64,000 nt of DNA from a virus, in the IMG/VR virus record IMGVR_UViG_3300035180_000343, positions 65,322 to 129,321 of that record. One strand, given 5' to 3'. Below, in pieces: positions 46,980 to 55,846 of this stretch. How positions within the stretch are numbered: position 1 is the first letter of the stretch; each line of letters starts with the position of its first letter. A model generated the notes under the pieces. That model did no database searches. It was given only the letters and a program-made list of their open reading frames with translations, and had not been told where the DNA came from. The translations under genes were made by a program, and so were the position numbers.

Positions 46980-47741
46980 TTACATCTCCACTATCAAATC
47001 AGGTCTAAAAGAATTATACTCGCCGTAATATCCACGTGGATTACAAATGACCCGAGTTCCATTCTTAGCATAATCACAAGAAGAATGAGTGTGACCATGT
47101 ACCCAAAGATCACACTTTCCAAGAAGATGCCCGAGATCGTTAGTGAAATATGGTCCTAAACTATTTCCAGAATAGCGAGGATCTATGCTTTCCAAAAATG
47201 GGACAAAGTGTGTCATGACGACAGTTTGTCCATCAAACTTTTTCTTCAATTGGCCTTCGATCCATTTAATGTTCCTCTGTCCCATTGCTCGGCATTCTTC
47301 AACTGTGAACCGACCATTTTCTCCTTTGATTTGGAAGAAATCGTTAATGTCCGCCCTCGCCTGTCGCATGTTGAACTCGACTCGTTCTTCAGAGTGCATT
47401 TTCCATTCAAACGTAGTCCACAACGTACTTCCAATGAATCTAATTCCTTGTATTTCAACTGTCTTGTTGTTCAGCAAAACGACCTGAGTATTCTTGAACT
47501 CTTTCTGAAAATGTTTGTTCAACTCATCGATTGTTTTGACACTATAGTATTCGTGGTTTCCAGGAACAAACAACACAGGAACTTCACGTGGAATATTCCG
47601 AATCAAATCCTTGACCTTGTTAGGAGTCTCCAGTCCACTATAAACGTCACCAACTAGGAGCAATATATCCTCATCCAAATATTCTAATTCCAATGGATGA
47701 TTCTCCAAGTGGAGATCCGACAAAATTCGAATAGCAGTCAT
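46980..47741 (-). CDS. calcineurin-like metallophosphoesterase
   Basis: SDLHLE, VGD, PGNHE, HGHTH. Confidence 0.92.
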   Translation of the reverse strand: MTAIRILSDLHLENHPLELEYLDEDILLLVGDVYSGLETPNKVKDLIRNIPREVPVLFVPGNHEYYSVKTIDELNKHFQKEFKNTQVVLLNNKTVEIQGIRFIGSTLWTTFEWKMHSEERVEFNMRQARADINDFFQIKGENGRFTVEECRAMGQRNIKWIEGQLKKKFDGQTVVMTHFVPFLESIDPRYSGNSLGPYFTNDLGHLLGKCDLWVHGHTHSSCDYAKNGTRVICNPRGYYGEYNSFRPDLIVEM

Positions 47742-48844
47742 TGAGAATTCTTTTTAAAGTTCGAGTAAACATTACGAAGAGAATATTTATTTAGCATATA
47801 CTTTTCAAAAAACTTCTTGAAATCTGGATCTTTTCCTTCGATTTCCTTTATGGCCAATCCAAAATACGGATGACAACGGTGGAGCAATGCAAACTCTTTT
47901 CTTTCTAACTGTTTCCCAATATTCGCCAATTCTTTCGTCGATTCGATAATTTGATCAAAATCTTTAGTCACTTGATGTTCAATATCCAAGATCGGATCGA
48001 GTGACAATCCCTCTTCAACGATAGTAGATTTCAAATCATCTAAAGTTTCGTCGAGAATCAATTTAACAACATCCCGACCACGCAATTCAGTCCTAAGTCT
48101 GTGATGAAGAAGATACCATTCGGTCTTTATCTTAACGCGTTCTTGAGTGCTCTTATTGAAGAGAACGTAGCCCTCAAAGTTTATTTTAAGTTTGACATCG
48201 AGAAAGATCTCGTCTAGGGTCTTGTTCCATACTGGAATTGAATCAATCCCCAATTGTTTAGCATAAAATATTGGATCATGATACCATCCATCGTTATTTT
48301 CTCGAACAGCCAGTAAAACTAAACGAGGTTCTTGTCCATAGTCCAATACAATTCTGCTATCGGGAGAAGTGAATTCAAAAATCGAAGTCAGGCTATCGTT
48401 TGCGATGGATTTGACTGCTTCGTAAAACCGACCGTTTGTTGTATTATTGTATTCATCTGCAAATTTTTGACAATTCACTGCGACGTCTGAGTAAAATGAC
48501 TTCTTCGTTTTCCAGAACACTTTATCATTAACGACAACTGGAGAAACCATTGAGCCGTCACGTTTCTCCAGAACGATGACGTCGTTCCAATTCCAGTTTC
48601 GAACAACACCGATCTGAGTTTCCGGCCGCTCTCCCATGTTAAAAAACTTCTCGAATGGCCGACAAACAACATTTCCAGTGGAGTCAAACGTGATGCCACG
48701 ACATTCTTTTGCCAAAGGAATTTCCCAAAGATCATTAGTGGAAATCATATATGAGCAGATAGTCAATTGCTCACCATTAACTTCCTCTTCTTTAAACTTA
48801 ATCATGGGTTCATTTTGTAAACCCTTGAAATCACTGATATTCAT
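47738..48844 (-). CDS. rnlA: T4 Rnl1-type RNA ligase
   Basis: ECRGI, PFEKFFN, EKRDGS, FEGYV, KIKTEWY. Confidence 0.92.
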   Translation of the reverse strand: MNISDFKGLQNEPMIKFKEEEVNGEQLTICSYMISTNDLWEIPLAKECRGITFDSTGNVVCRPFEKFFNMGERPETQIGVVRNWNWNDVIVLEKRDGSMVSPVVVNDKVFWKTKKSFYSDVAVNCQKFADEYNNTTNGRFYEAVKSIANDSLTSIFEFTSPDSRIVLDYGQEPRLVLLAVRENNDGWYHDPIFYAKQLGIDSIPVWNKTLDEIFLDVKLKINFEGYVLFNKSTQERVKIKTEWYLLHHRLRTELRGRDVVKLILDETLDDLKSTIVEEGLSLDPILDIEHQVTKDFDQIIESTKELANIGKQLERKEFALLHRCHPYFGLAIKEIEGKDPDFKKFFEKYMLNKYSLRNVYSNFKKNSQ

Positions 48845-48875
48845 TATACATTCACTGTTTATACACTATGAACAA

Positions 48876-48904
48876 ATTATAAAAGAAGTCAAGAACATTG
48901 TCAA
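48876..48904 (-). promoter_or_regulatory. repeated sigma70 early promoter copy 7
   Basis: TTGACA-17-TATAAT. Confidence 0.85.
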
Positions 48905-48932
48905 GAACTTTTTCGAAGTTTTTACAAAAAAA

Positions 48933-48962
48933 TGTGGAGGACATTTTGACATATCCTCCACA
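48933..48962 (-). terminator. terminator, near-identical to 30172-30201
   Basis: tgtggagga...tcctccaca. Confidence 0.75.
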
Positions 48963-48985
48963 CATTTTCCTAATTGAAGCTTCGT

Positions 48986-49189
48986 TTAGATGTCATCTAA
49001 CACTGCTTGAATTTTGGCTGGATCAATTGCTTGACCACGATCAAGCTGGTCTTTGACATATTCTACTGCGTCATAAAGGTTAACAACATCCTTGACAAGT
49101 TTTCCCAATCTTTCGCCATCTACGTAATTCGCGACAACTATTTCCATGGGTCCTTTTCCGTCACAAATATCTATCTCGAACATTTGCAT
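48986..49189 (-). CDS. early hypothetical protein, paralog of 29220..29438
   Basis: protein similarity. Confidence 0.7.
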   Translation of the reverse strand: MQMFEIDICDGKGPMEIVVANYVDGERLGKLVKDVVNLYDAVEYVKDQLDRGQAIDPAKIQAVLDDI

Positions 49190-49225
49190 TTTATTTCTCC
49201 TTCACTGTTTAACCACTATGGACAA

Positions 49226-49254
49226 ATTATATAAGAAGTTCGAAAGATTGTCAA
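49226..49254 (-). promoter_or_regulatory. repeated sigma70 early promoter copy 8
   Basis: TTGACA-17-TATAAT. Confidence 0.85.
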
Positions 49255-49261
49255 GAACTTT

Positions 49262-50020
49262 TTAGGTTGACGATTCCGATTCTACATCGTCACAAACGGC
49301 TTGGAATGGAATAACGACGGGTTTAAAACTACCGACCCCATTTTCGTATAAAAGAATATGGCTATCTTGTGGCGCATATAGTTTAAAAATGTCGGGATGA
49401 ATAATGTGCTTTGGCGATTCGGTTACTTTGTCGCGGAATTCTTCTGGTACTTTATGAGTTCCTTTGCGTTCAAAAATCAACAAATTTTGACGATACCAAG
49501 ATTCAACTTTTATATTTTCCCAAAATTCTTCACGGATGTCATAACAGACAAATCCTTTGGCAGCAAACAAATCGCTCCAATATTTGGGTGGTTGTTCGTT
49601 GACATGGAACACTCCGCCTTGCCCTGGAACTGCGGCGGAGAAAATAACCATGTCACAATGTCGAGCAATGTTATCAACGAGTCCTTTTGCGGATTCTGGA
49701 GGCAGATGCTCGGCAACTTCAACGCAAACACCAATGTCAAACTTCCTTCCAAGATCAATTTCGTCGGAAGCTAAGTCTCCATAGAACACGGGGACATCAA
49801 TCGGTTCAATGCTGTCGAATTCCGTTTCAACGCCTTGGACAACATCAGCACCCATATCCCTAGCAACTTTTAGCCATTCTCCCGTTCCACATCCAAAATC
49901 AACAACCGAATAGTTCGGCTTCATAAACCGTCGCAGCAATTCTTCGGCAGAAGATCGTTTGAAGTAAGAAGAATACTTCATTGCTCGATGCAAAATTCCA
50001 TAAAGATCGTTTTTTGTCAT
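49262..50020 (-). CDS. class I SAM-dependent methyltransferase (glycan-type)
   Basis: VDFGCGTG, CVEVAEHL, PGQGG..HVNEQ. Confidence 0.88.
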   Translation of the reverse strand: MTKNDLYGILHRAMKYSSYFKRSSAEELLRRFMKPNYSVVDFGCGTGEWLKVARDMGADVVQGVETEFDSIEPIDVPVFYGDLASDEIDLGRKFDIGVCVEVAEHLPPESAKGLVDNIARHCDMVIFSAAVPGQGGVFHVNEQPPKYWSDLFAAKGFVCYDIREEFWENIKVESWYRQNLLIFERKGTHKVPEEFRDKVTESPKHIIHPDIFKLYAPQDSHILLYENGVGSFKPVVIPFQAVCDDVESESST

Positions 50021-50021
50021 T

Positions 50022-50585
50022 TTACTTCCCCTTTCGGCTTTCTTTAATTTGTTTCAGTGCTGCTGCTCCGTTGTCTGGAAAGACCCGCTTGAGTTCTTTT
50101 CGGATGAACTCAACAAGTGCCAAACCAGAGTTAGTGAATTCGTCGAGAGAAAACAAATAATATTCTTCTTGGTTCATTCGCTCTCTGGTAATTTCTTTAG
50201 CAATTTCTTTGCTAAAATTTTCACCATTGCAAACAGAAATAGCAACTCTCAAATCGCGAGTGTCATAATCCATTACAATGTAGAAGCATGTTCCCTTGGT
50301 GCTGTCGGCATATCCAGTTTTTTTGTCTATTGGTCGAACGTATCGATAGAACTCCGCTACGCCTGGTTTAGAAGACGACGCAGGTTTAACATCTTTGAAC
50401 ATCGGATGTCGACGTTTGTTTGCTTCGTTCTTTCGACGCATCCGAAGAGTCCTCAAAACAGAACGAAGCGCATTCTTGGCATAGTTTTCAGTCATTTCGC
50501 CAACAGGAATTTCTTGACCGCCAGCAGTGACCCACAGTTCATCGAGTTCGTTACGTTCGGGTGGATATTTAATTTGATTACACAT
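50022..50585 (-). CDS. hypothetical protein
   Basis: ORF coupled to MTase. Confidence 0.6.
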   Translation of the reverse strand: MCNQIKYPPERNELDELWVTAGGQEIPVGEMTENYAKNALRSVLRTLRMRRKNEANKRRHPMFKDVKPASSSKPGVAEFYRYVRPIDKKTGYADSTKGTCFYIVMDYDTRDLRVAISVCNGENFSKEIAKEITRERMNQEEYYLFSLDEFTNSGLALVEFIRKELKRVFPDNGAAALKQIKESRKGK

Positions 50586-50695
50586 TTTTAGACTCCTTCA
50601 AAATTTTTTGCATATTGGAATTTGTATTCGGATTTCGGCTTGCTTTAATAGCCGATCAATTAAATCTTGATACATTGTTTACTTTTCTAAAACAA

Positions 50696-51631
50696 TTAGA
50701 ACTCGATGTAGGGATTTCCAACTTGCATCACTTTAAATCCAAGGTTTCTCCACATACGACATACACTTGGCCTGTCATCAATAACGCCAATAACATTATA
50801 GAATGGAGCAACGTGTTTCCAAAACAATTCTTCCTTAACTACGACGTCTTTTCGCATGTCATTTTTTGATCTCATATACAGCGCAGAATAAGGAATCTTG
50901 TTAGTTTTAATCCATTCTTCTGTTTCTGGCCTACACACTTCATCCCTGCCAGACATCAAAACAATATCAACCCGACCAGCCAATCCCACAATAATCTCTC
51001 GAACAAGGCTGTCTACATCGTCCAGACCAACTTTTGACCATTCAAACGGTTTACGTTTACCATTCATATGTGCAAGCGTTCCGTCGATGTCACACAAAAC
51101 AGCAGTAGGAAGGTTAGAGTTTGGGTAATATTGGGATGTAACCCCAATCGACTTCATCATCTCATGCCACTGTTCCATCTGCTTGGCGATAACACTATGT
51201 CCAACACCATTCTTTCGGGCAGCATCTCTAGCCCAGGCTTCTTCAATAGTGATTGGGAAATACTTTACTTCAATGTCTTTTGGGTCGACACCATAATCCC
51301 AAATCATCTTCGATTTGTGTGCGTTCAACCGTTTGACATTAAGATTGGTGTCGGCGACAATAAACCCGTCCATCTGACTATATGAAACCAACCAAGAAAT
51401 ATATTTTTCAACTCCCTCGGTGATCTCGGATTCCCATTGCCAATTCCACTTTGACCAAACAAGTTCTCGACACTCACCGTTTGTTTTCTCAACGAGAAGA
51501 TTTTTACGAAAATCATCTCTCGAAACAATGGCCCAATGTTCTCCGATTTTCGACTTTTCGGCCACAAACTGATTGGCCCAAGTCGTCTTGCCACTGGCAC
51601 TAATGCCGACCGTGTAAATAACTTTCATCAC
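50696..51631 (-). CDS. pseT: polynucleotide 5'-kinase/3'-phosphatase
   Basis: GISASGKTT kinase; DIDGT HAD; DDR. Confidence 0.93.
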   Translation of the reverse strand: MMKVIYTVGISASGKTTWANQFVAEKSKIGEHWAIVSRDDFRKNLLVEKTNGECRELVWSKWNWQWESEITEGVEKYISWLVSYSQMDGFIVADTNLNVKRLNAHKSKMIWDYGVDPKDIEVKYFPITIEEAWARDAARKNGVGHSVIAKQMEQWHEMMKSIGVTSQYYPNSNLPTAVLCDIDGTLAHMNGKRKPFEWSKVGLDDVDSLVREIIVGLAGRVDIVLMSGRDEVCRPETEEWIKTNKIPYSALYMRSKNDMRKDVVVKEELFWKHVAPFYNVIGVIDDRPSVCRMWRNLGFKVMQVGNPYIEF

Positions 51632-51666
51632 TTATACCTCTAAAATGTGTCGTTTCCAATTCTTTC

Positions 51667-51885
51667 TTAAGCAAGATAGTCAAGCTGTCCAATGCTTCTA
51701 AAGATGCGTCGAACAACCTGATGACGACGCTTTATGCTTTTAGGAAGAACTGAAGAAAAAAATGGCAAGTTGCATTCGCTTACGGTAACCTCTTCACCAC
51801 TTTCCAGTTCTCGGACAAAGTATATCGTTGCCCCAGTATCGTCTGTTATGAACTTTATAAATGGGTTTTGCTGATATTCGTACAT
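51667..51885 (-). CDS. hypothetical protein, paralog of 29435..29647
   Basis: protein similarity. Confidence 0.7.
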   Translation of the reverse strand: MYEYQQNPFIKFITDDTGATIYFVRELESGEEVTVSECNLPFFSSVLPKSIKRRHQVVRRIFRSIGQLDYLA

Positions 51886-51910
51886 TTTATTTTTCCTTCA
51901 CCTCTGTTTT

Positions 51911-51994
51911 TGGTGCATGAGGAGAGACTCGAACTCTCAATCCTTGCGGCGGCAGATTTTAAGTCTGCTGTGTATTCCATTCCACCACTCATGC
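51911..51994 (-). tRNA. tRNA-Leu(TAA)
   Basis: GCATGAG/CTCATGC, CT-TAA-AA, long variable arm, CCA. Confidence 0.93.
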
Positions 51995-52009
51995 TATTGT
52001 TCAATGTTT

Positions 52010-52528
52010 TTAGAATTCTTTAATCGTGTTTGTATACGAAAGGTATTCACCTTTCATGGTATATTTCGCAACACCGGAACTCATTTTTTCATGTTGCTGC
52101 TTTGTCAAATAACAAAATTTGCCTGTCGGTGTTACATAAACCCAGCGTTTAACTGTTTTCCTACGAACTTCGGAACCGCTCAATTTCATGTTGTGACGCG
52201 TCGAATGGTCAACTCCCAATCCCTTCATTAAGGAACGAAATTCGGGGCCGTGAAACTGTTTTGCGTGTGGAATATATTTAGAAACATAATGGTGGCACAC
52301 TTCGTGAGCAACAGTCCTCACCAACACTTGTCCTGGGAATTCTTTAAGGTAATCGATACTGATTACAATTTTACCGGCATTTAATTTTGCAACACCGGCA
52401 ACGCCCTTTTTTAGTTTGTCGATGCTGATATCCAATGGAAATTTAGGATATCCCATTTTTTGGAGTTTGTCTTGAACTTCGGCCATACGAGCTCTAACTA
52501 TTTCAATCATGTTCTTCTCCTTCGTCAC
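52010..52528 (-). CDS. SprT-like zinc metalloprotease
   Basis: AGVA, HEVCH, HGPEF. Confidence 0.85.
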   Translation of the reverse strand: MTKEKNMIEIVRARMAEVQDKLQKMGYPKFPLDISIDKLKKGVAGVAKLNAGKIVISIDYLKEFPGQVLVRTVAHEVCHHYVSKYIPHAKQFHGPEFRSLMKGLGVDHSTRHNMKLSGSEVRRKTVKRWVYVTPTGKFCYLTKQQHEKMSSGVAKYTMKGEYLSYTNTIKEF

Positions 52529-52550
52529 TGTTCAACTACACTATGAACAA

Positions 52551-52579
52551 ATTATATAAGAAGTCCAAAAGATTGTCAA
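52551..52579 (-). promoter_or_regulatory. repeated sigma70 early promoter copy 9
   Basis: TTGACA-17-TATAAT. Confidence 0.85.
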
Positions 52580-52650
52580 GAACTTTTTGAAAGATTCTGC
52601 AACTTGTGTGATTGGATTGTCGGTTTCAAATCCAATCACACACCGTTGAA

Positions 52651-53607
52651 TTAAGCCAGCAGAGCTGCCATTGCTTCGTTCTTGATTTTGTCGGAACCGC
52701 CGAAAGAAGCATCCCAAAACTGTTGAGATTCATTCCGCTTTCCAGAGCCATGAGTATACATATTCGTAATTGCGTTCAATGCACCCCACGCAGTTCCCTT
52801 TGCAATATCGGCCCCAGCACCAGTACGGTAAAGGTCGAGAAGTTGATTCACTTTCCGAATATCGCCCCAAGACTGTTCTTCTTTCTTAGGATCAAAAAAC
52901 AGTTTTTGGTAGAACTCTTGAACAGCGTTTTCTGTCATCTTTGTCGACGCCAGAGTTTCAACATTCTGTTTGAATTTGTCCCACGCATCGTCAATCAAAC
53001 CAAGATCTAGTTTAACTGAGTTCGCGTCAAAATCCGAACGATGAGTCTTCTTTACAAGGTTCTTTGACGATTCATTGAGAGCAATCGACAGCGTGTTGTT
53101 ACAAACTACACGCTCAGAAACAAACTTAGCAGTAGTTGAAAGGGTACCGTCGACACTTGTTACCAACAGAAGGTTTCCTTTGACTTCATCTTCACCTGCA
53201 AGTTTGAAGTCTTTTCCAGTCTCAGCAAGAGCCCAGAAACGCTTTCCGCCGAACAAAACTCCAGCAGTCGACAAAGCCATTCCATGGGTTGTGGTCAGAT
53301 CACGGAAAAATTCCAACACTTCCCCAGGTTGAACAACCCGATAGTCATTCGATACGATGCTTAACGCTGTATTGGTATCAGAACGAAAAAGTGCTTTCCT
53401 ATCTGGGAAAATATGTTCGCCAGCAGCCGACTGATATTTCACCATGGATTCGAATACTTCCCAATCCATCCCAGCCTGCGTCTTCCAGACTTCAATTGGT
53501 GCACCAACTTCGAGCTCTTCGCCCAAACCGTGCCAAATTTTTGAACGCTGACCAGTAAAGGCCATTTCAACTTTTCCGTTTTCGCGAATTGACAATTCAT
53601 GTGCCAT
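52651..53607 (-). CDS. DUF932 (TIGR03299-like) phage/plasmid protein
   Basis: WHGLG, RVVCNNT, GTAWGALNA. Confidence 0.85.
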   Translation of the reverse strand: MAHELSIRENGKVEMAFTGQRSKIWHGLGEELEVGAPIEVWKTQAGMDWEVFESMVKYQSAAGEHIFPDRKALFRSDTNTALSIVSNDYRVVQPGEVLEFFRDLTTTHGMALSTAGVLFGGKRFWALAETGKDFKLAGEDEVKGNLLLVTSVDGTLSTTAKFVSERVVCNNTLSIALNESSKNLVKKTHRSDFDANSVKLDLGLIDDAWDKFKQNVETLASTKMTENAVQEFYQKLFFDPKKEEQSWGDIRKVNQLLDLYRTGAGADIAKGTAWGALNAITNMYTHGSGKRNESQQFWDASFGGSDKIKNEAMAALLA

Positions 53608-53641
53608 TTTTATTCCCCTTCATCACTGTTAATAAAAACAA

Positions 53642-53670
53642 ATTATATAAGAAGATAGAAAGAATGTTAA
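53642..53670 (-). promoter_or_regulatory. repeated sigma70 early promoter copy 10
   Basis: TTAACA-17-TATAAT. Confidence 0.8.
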
Positions 53671-53701
53671 GAACTTTTTCGAAAGATTTTGTTCTTTAGA
53701 A

Positions 53702-53727
53702 TTCGTTCTTTAGGCGTAGCAGTTAAC
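53702..53727 (+). mobile_element. IS right-end remnant
   Basis: ttcgttctttaggcgtagcagttaac matches 23/27 to right end tacgtcctttagggcgtggcagttaac. Confidence 0.65.
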
Positions 53728-53739
53728 CAATTCTGCTTT

Positions 53740-54087
53740 TTAGCCTCGCAGTCCGATCAAGTAGTTAAGCATCGCCTGAGCATTTTCGAGAGTTTCGCCA
53801 CCATTTTTCCAATCTGACCAACGCTCGTATGGCGACCCATCACAATAATCCTTCCCAGTGTTTCTTTTGATCGGACATGATTTAGAGCAACCGTTCGACA
53901 TTCGTTTGCCGGTATTGATGGGGTGGTAAAGCTGACAAAGTGGACAATCATCACTTCCGTTCTCAATGGGATGGTTATTTCCGAACTTCATTTCCTCGAC
54001 GATTCTCGTCCACTTCACGATCGAGCCTTCAATTGCTTCGAGTTCTTCGAGTCCCGTTTCAATCATATTCTTCTCCTTCTTCACCAT
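53740..54087 (-). CDS. Cys-rich early hypothetical protein
   Basis: CPLCQ...C..CPI...C. Confidence 0.65.
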   Translation of the reverse strand: MVKKEKNMIETGLEELEAIEGSIVKWTRIVEEMKFGNNHPIENGSDDCPLCQLYHPINTGKRMSNGCSKSCPIKRNTGKDYCDGSPYERWSDWKNGGETLENAQAMLNYLIGLRG

Positions 54088-54106
54088 TCAACTACACTGT
54101 AAACAA

Positions 54107-54135
54107 ATTATAAAAGAAAACTGAAACATTGTCAA
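54107..54135 (-). promoter_or_regulatory. repeated sigma70 early promoter copy 11
   Basis: TTGACA-17-TATAAT. Confidence 0.85.
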
Positions 54136-54185
54136 GAACTTTTCGAAAGATTTTGTTCTTTAGAATTCGTTCTTTAAATGTTTCA

Positions 54186-54324
54186 GTTAACTGCCACGCC
54201 CTAAAGGACGTAGCTTGCCCACTCCCATGACCAACCAGCATTGTACTGGATCTCTCGATTTTAACGATCATTTTCTGTAGGGCCATTGGGATTTCTAGTC
54301 CCAAGTCGCCTATTGCATGCGACT
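54186..54324 (-). ncRNA. orphan TnpB omegaRNA (reRNA) scaffold
   Basis: 139-nt homolog of tnpB 3' end from AGTCGC hairpin to GCAGTTAAC; no tnpB, no left-end terminus. Confidence 0.85.
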
Positions 54325-54387
54325 ATACTATTTTTAGTTACTTTGACAAAATCATTTCACTAAATAATATATACATGCAATCAACTT

Positions 54388-54630
54388 CTAGTCCGGAATT
54401 TTACTAAACCAATTCTTAACAGCAGCCTCAACTGCTTTTACTGCTTCATCTTCAGTATCAAAGTCGCCAATATGTCTTTGAATTCCAGGTAATTCACAAA
54501 TAGCAGTAAATTTTGACTTGCCAGCCTTGGAGATACCACTGTCGAAGTGAACCCCTCCGACATTCCATGGACCGAGGAACATTGCATCGCTGCTATCTGT
54601 TTTCTTTTCAGTTTCTTTTTTTACTCTCAT
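54388..54630 (-). CDS. hypothetical protein, tandem paralog
   Basis: FLGPWNVG shared with 54671..54892. Confidence 0.7.
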   Translation of the reverse strand: MRVKKETEKKTDSSDAMFLGPWNVGGVHFDSGISKAGKSKFTAICELPGIQRHIGDFDTEDEAVKAVEAAVKNWFSKIPD

Positions 54631-54670
54631 TCTGTCCTTCCTTTTCTTTACGTTTAACTATTATGGGAAA

Positions 54671-54892
54671 TTATTTCGGCAATTTGCCGAACCAATATTT
54701 AATATCTTTTTCAACTGCTTCTTTTGCTTTATCTTCCGCGTCAAAAGTGCCAATACGACCACTAACGCCTGGTAAACCAATTAAAGCAGTATATTTCGAC
54801 CCTTCAAATTGAACACTGCCAACATTCCACGGCCCAAGAAATACCGAGCTGTTTTTTGAACTCTGTGAATCTTTTTTCCAATCAATCTTCAT
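54671..54892 (-). CDS. hypothetical protein, tandem paralog
   Basis: FLGPWNVG...VE..(I/V)K.WF.K. Confidence 0.7.
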   Translation of the reverse strand: MKIDWKKDSQSSKNSSVFLGPWNVGSVQFEGSKYTALIGLPGVSGRIGTFDAEDKAKEAVEKDIKYWFGKLPK

Positions 54893-54942
54893 TTTTTATT
54901 TCTCCTTTACTGTTTAACTACGTTTTACTACACTGCGAACAA

Positions 54943-54971
54943 ATTATATAAGAAGTCCGAAAGAATGTCAA
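54943..54971 (-). promoter_or_regulatory. repeated sigma70 early promoter copy 12
   Basis: TTGACA-17-TATAAT. Confidence 0.85.
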
Positions 54972-54983
54972 GAACTTTTTCGA

Positions 54984-55412
54984 TCAACTTCCTTTAAACT
55001 TTCGTTTTCCGATAGAATGTTTTGCTACTAAATTCCAGTCATTCTTTTCGTCAAACGACAATACCTTGATATTCGAACAAATTGGGCCAAAATGTTTCAT
55101 CTCTTTCTCTTTTTCAAGAATCTTCACTAGATTCCAATTTTCTAACAAAAGAGCAATCGACCTAACCCTCTCTAAATCCGAATCGGATGGAACGGCATCC
55201 TTACCATCCATTGCGAGCAACGATTTAAAATGAGAGATAAAGTATCGCCCCATTTTATGGAACACGTGACAAGATTGAGTTAGAGTCCGTTGCTTTATGC
55301 TTGGGATTCCAATTCTTGAAAGTGTTTCAACGACACGGTTAAATTGGCTCGTAGAAAGTGGTTCAATTTCAACCATCTCAGCTAGAATGTCTTGCATATA
55401 TTCCTGTTCCAT
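54984..55412 (-). CDS. regA: translational repressor RegA
   Basis: ETLSRIGI, QSCHVFHK.GRY.I.HFK. Confidence 0.93.
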   Translation of the reverse strand: MEQEYMQDILAEMVEIEPLSTSQFNRVVETLSRIGIPSIKQRTLTQSCHVFHKMGRYFISHFKSLLAMDGKDAVPSDSDLERVRSIALLLENWNLVKILEKEKEMKHFGPICSNIKVLSFDEKNDWNLVAKHSIGKRKFKGS

Positions 55413-55438
55413 CGTTAGCTCTTTTTGATTGCAACTGA

Positions 55439-55846
55439 CTATTTATCCCGCTTTGATTTAGCTTTCCCACCCATTTCATACCAGCTTGAAATGGTTTCTA
55501 AATCTTTCTCAGACAGAATAGACAAGTAATCCCTTGCCTCTCGGGTAGAACATTCAAATACTTTAGAAATGAGTTCTACGTTTTCCTCTTTGACACCCTT
55601 TGCCCATTTACAATACGGAGATAGTTTTTTTGTTTTTGCAATATGAAACAGAAAATCATATTGTAGTTTCGGGTCAAGGTGGAAGTTTTCATTTATCACC
55701 TGGGCTGCCTCTGCCATCGAAGCATTCATCGACCCCCATTTCATCATCATAAATGTTGGATAATCTTTCTCGTCATCTTCGGTAAGTTGAAGATATTTCT
55801 TATTAGTGATCGACGGAATAATTTCCTTGAAAAGATCGTAACTCAC
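55439..55846 (-). CDS. 62: clamp loader small subunit gp62
   Basis: LQYDFL, KWAK, EARDYL; between gp44 and regA. Confidence 0.88.
   Translation of the reverse strand: MSYDLFKEIIPSITNKKYLQLTEDDEKDYPTFMMMKWGSMNASMAEAAQVINENFHLDPKLQYDFLFHIAKTKKLSPYCKWAKGVKEENVELISKVFECSTREARDYLSILSEKDLETISSWYEMGGKAKSKRDK

Noticed and set aside
54121-54130. Self-target of the orphan guide in promoter 11
   Set aside because: Only a 9-nt seed match, and preceded by AAAAC rather than TTAT
54092-54304. ORF resembling the TnpB C-terminus
   Set aside because: Read-through of the omegaRNA scaffold into a promoter; no RBS and no nuclease domain
8039-54971. CRISPR array or integron from the recurring repeat
   Set aside because: Repeats are kb apart and are consensus sigma70 promoters; no cas or intI
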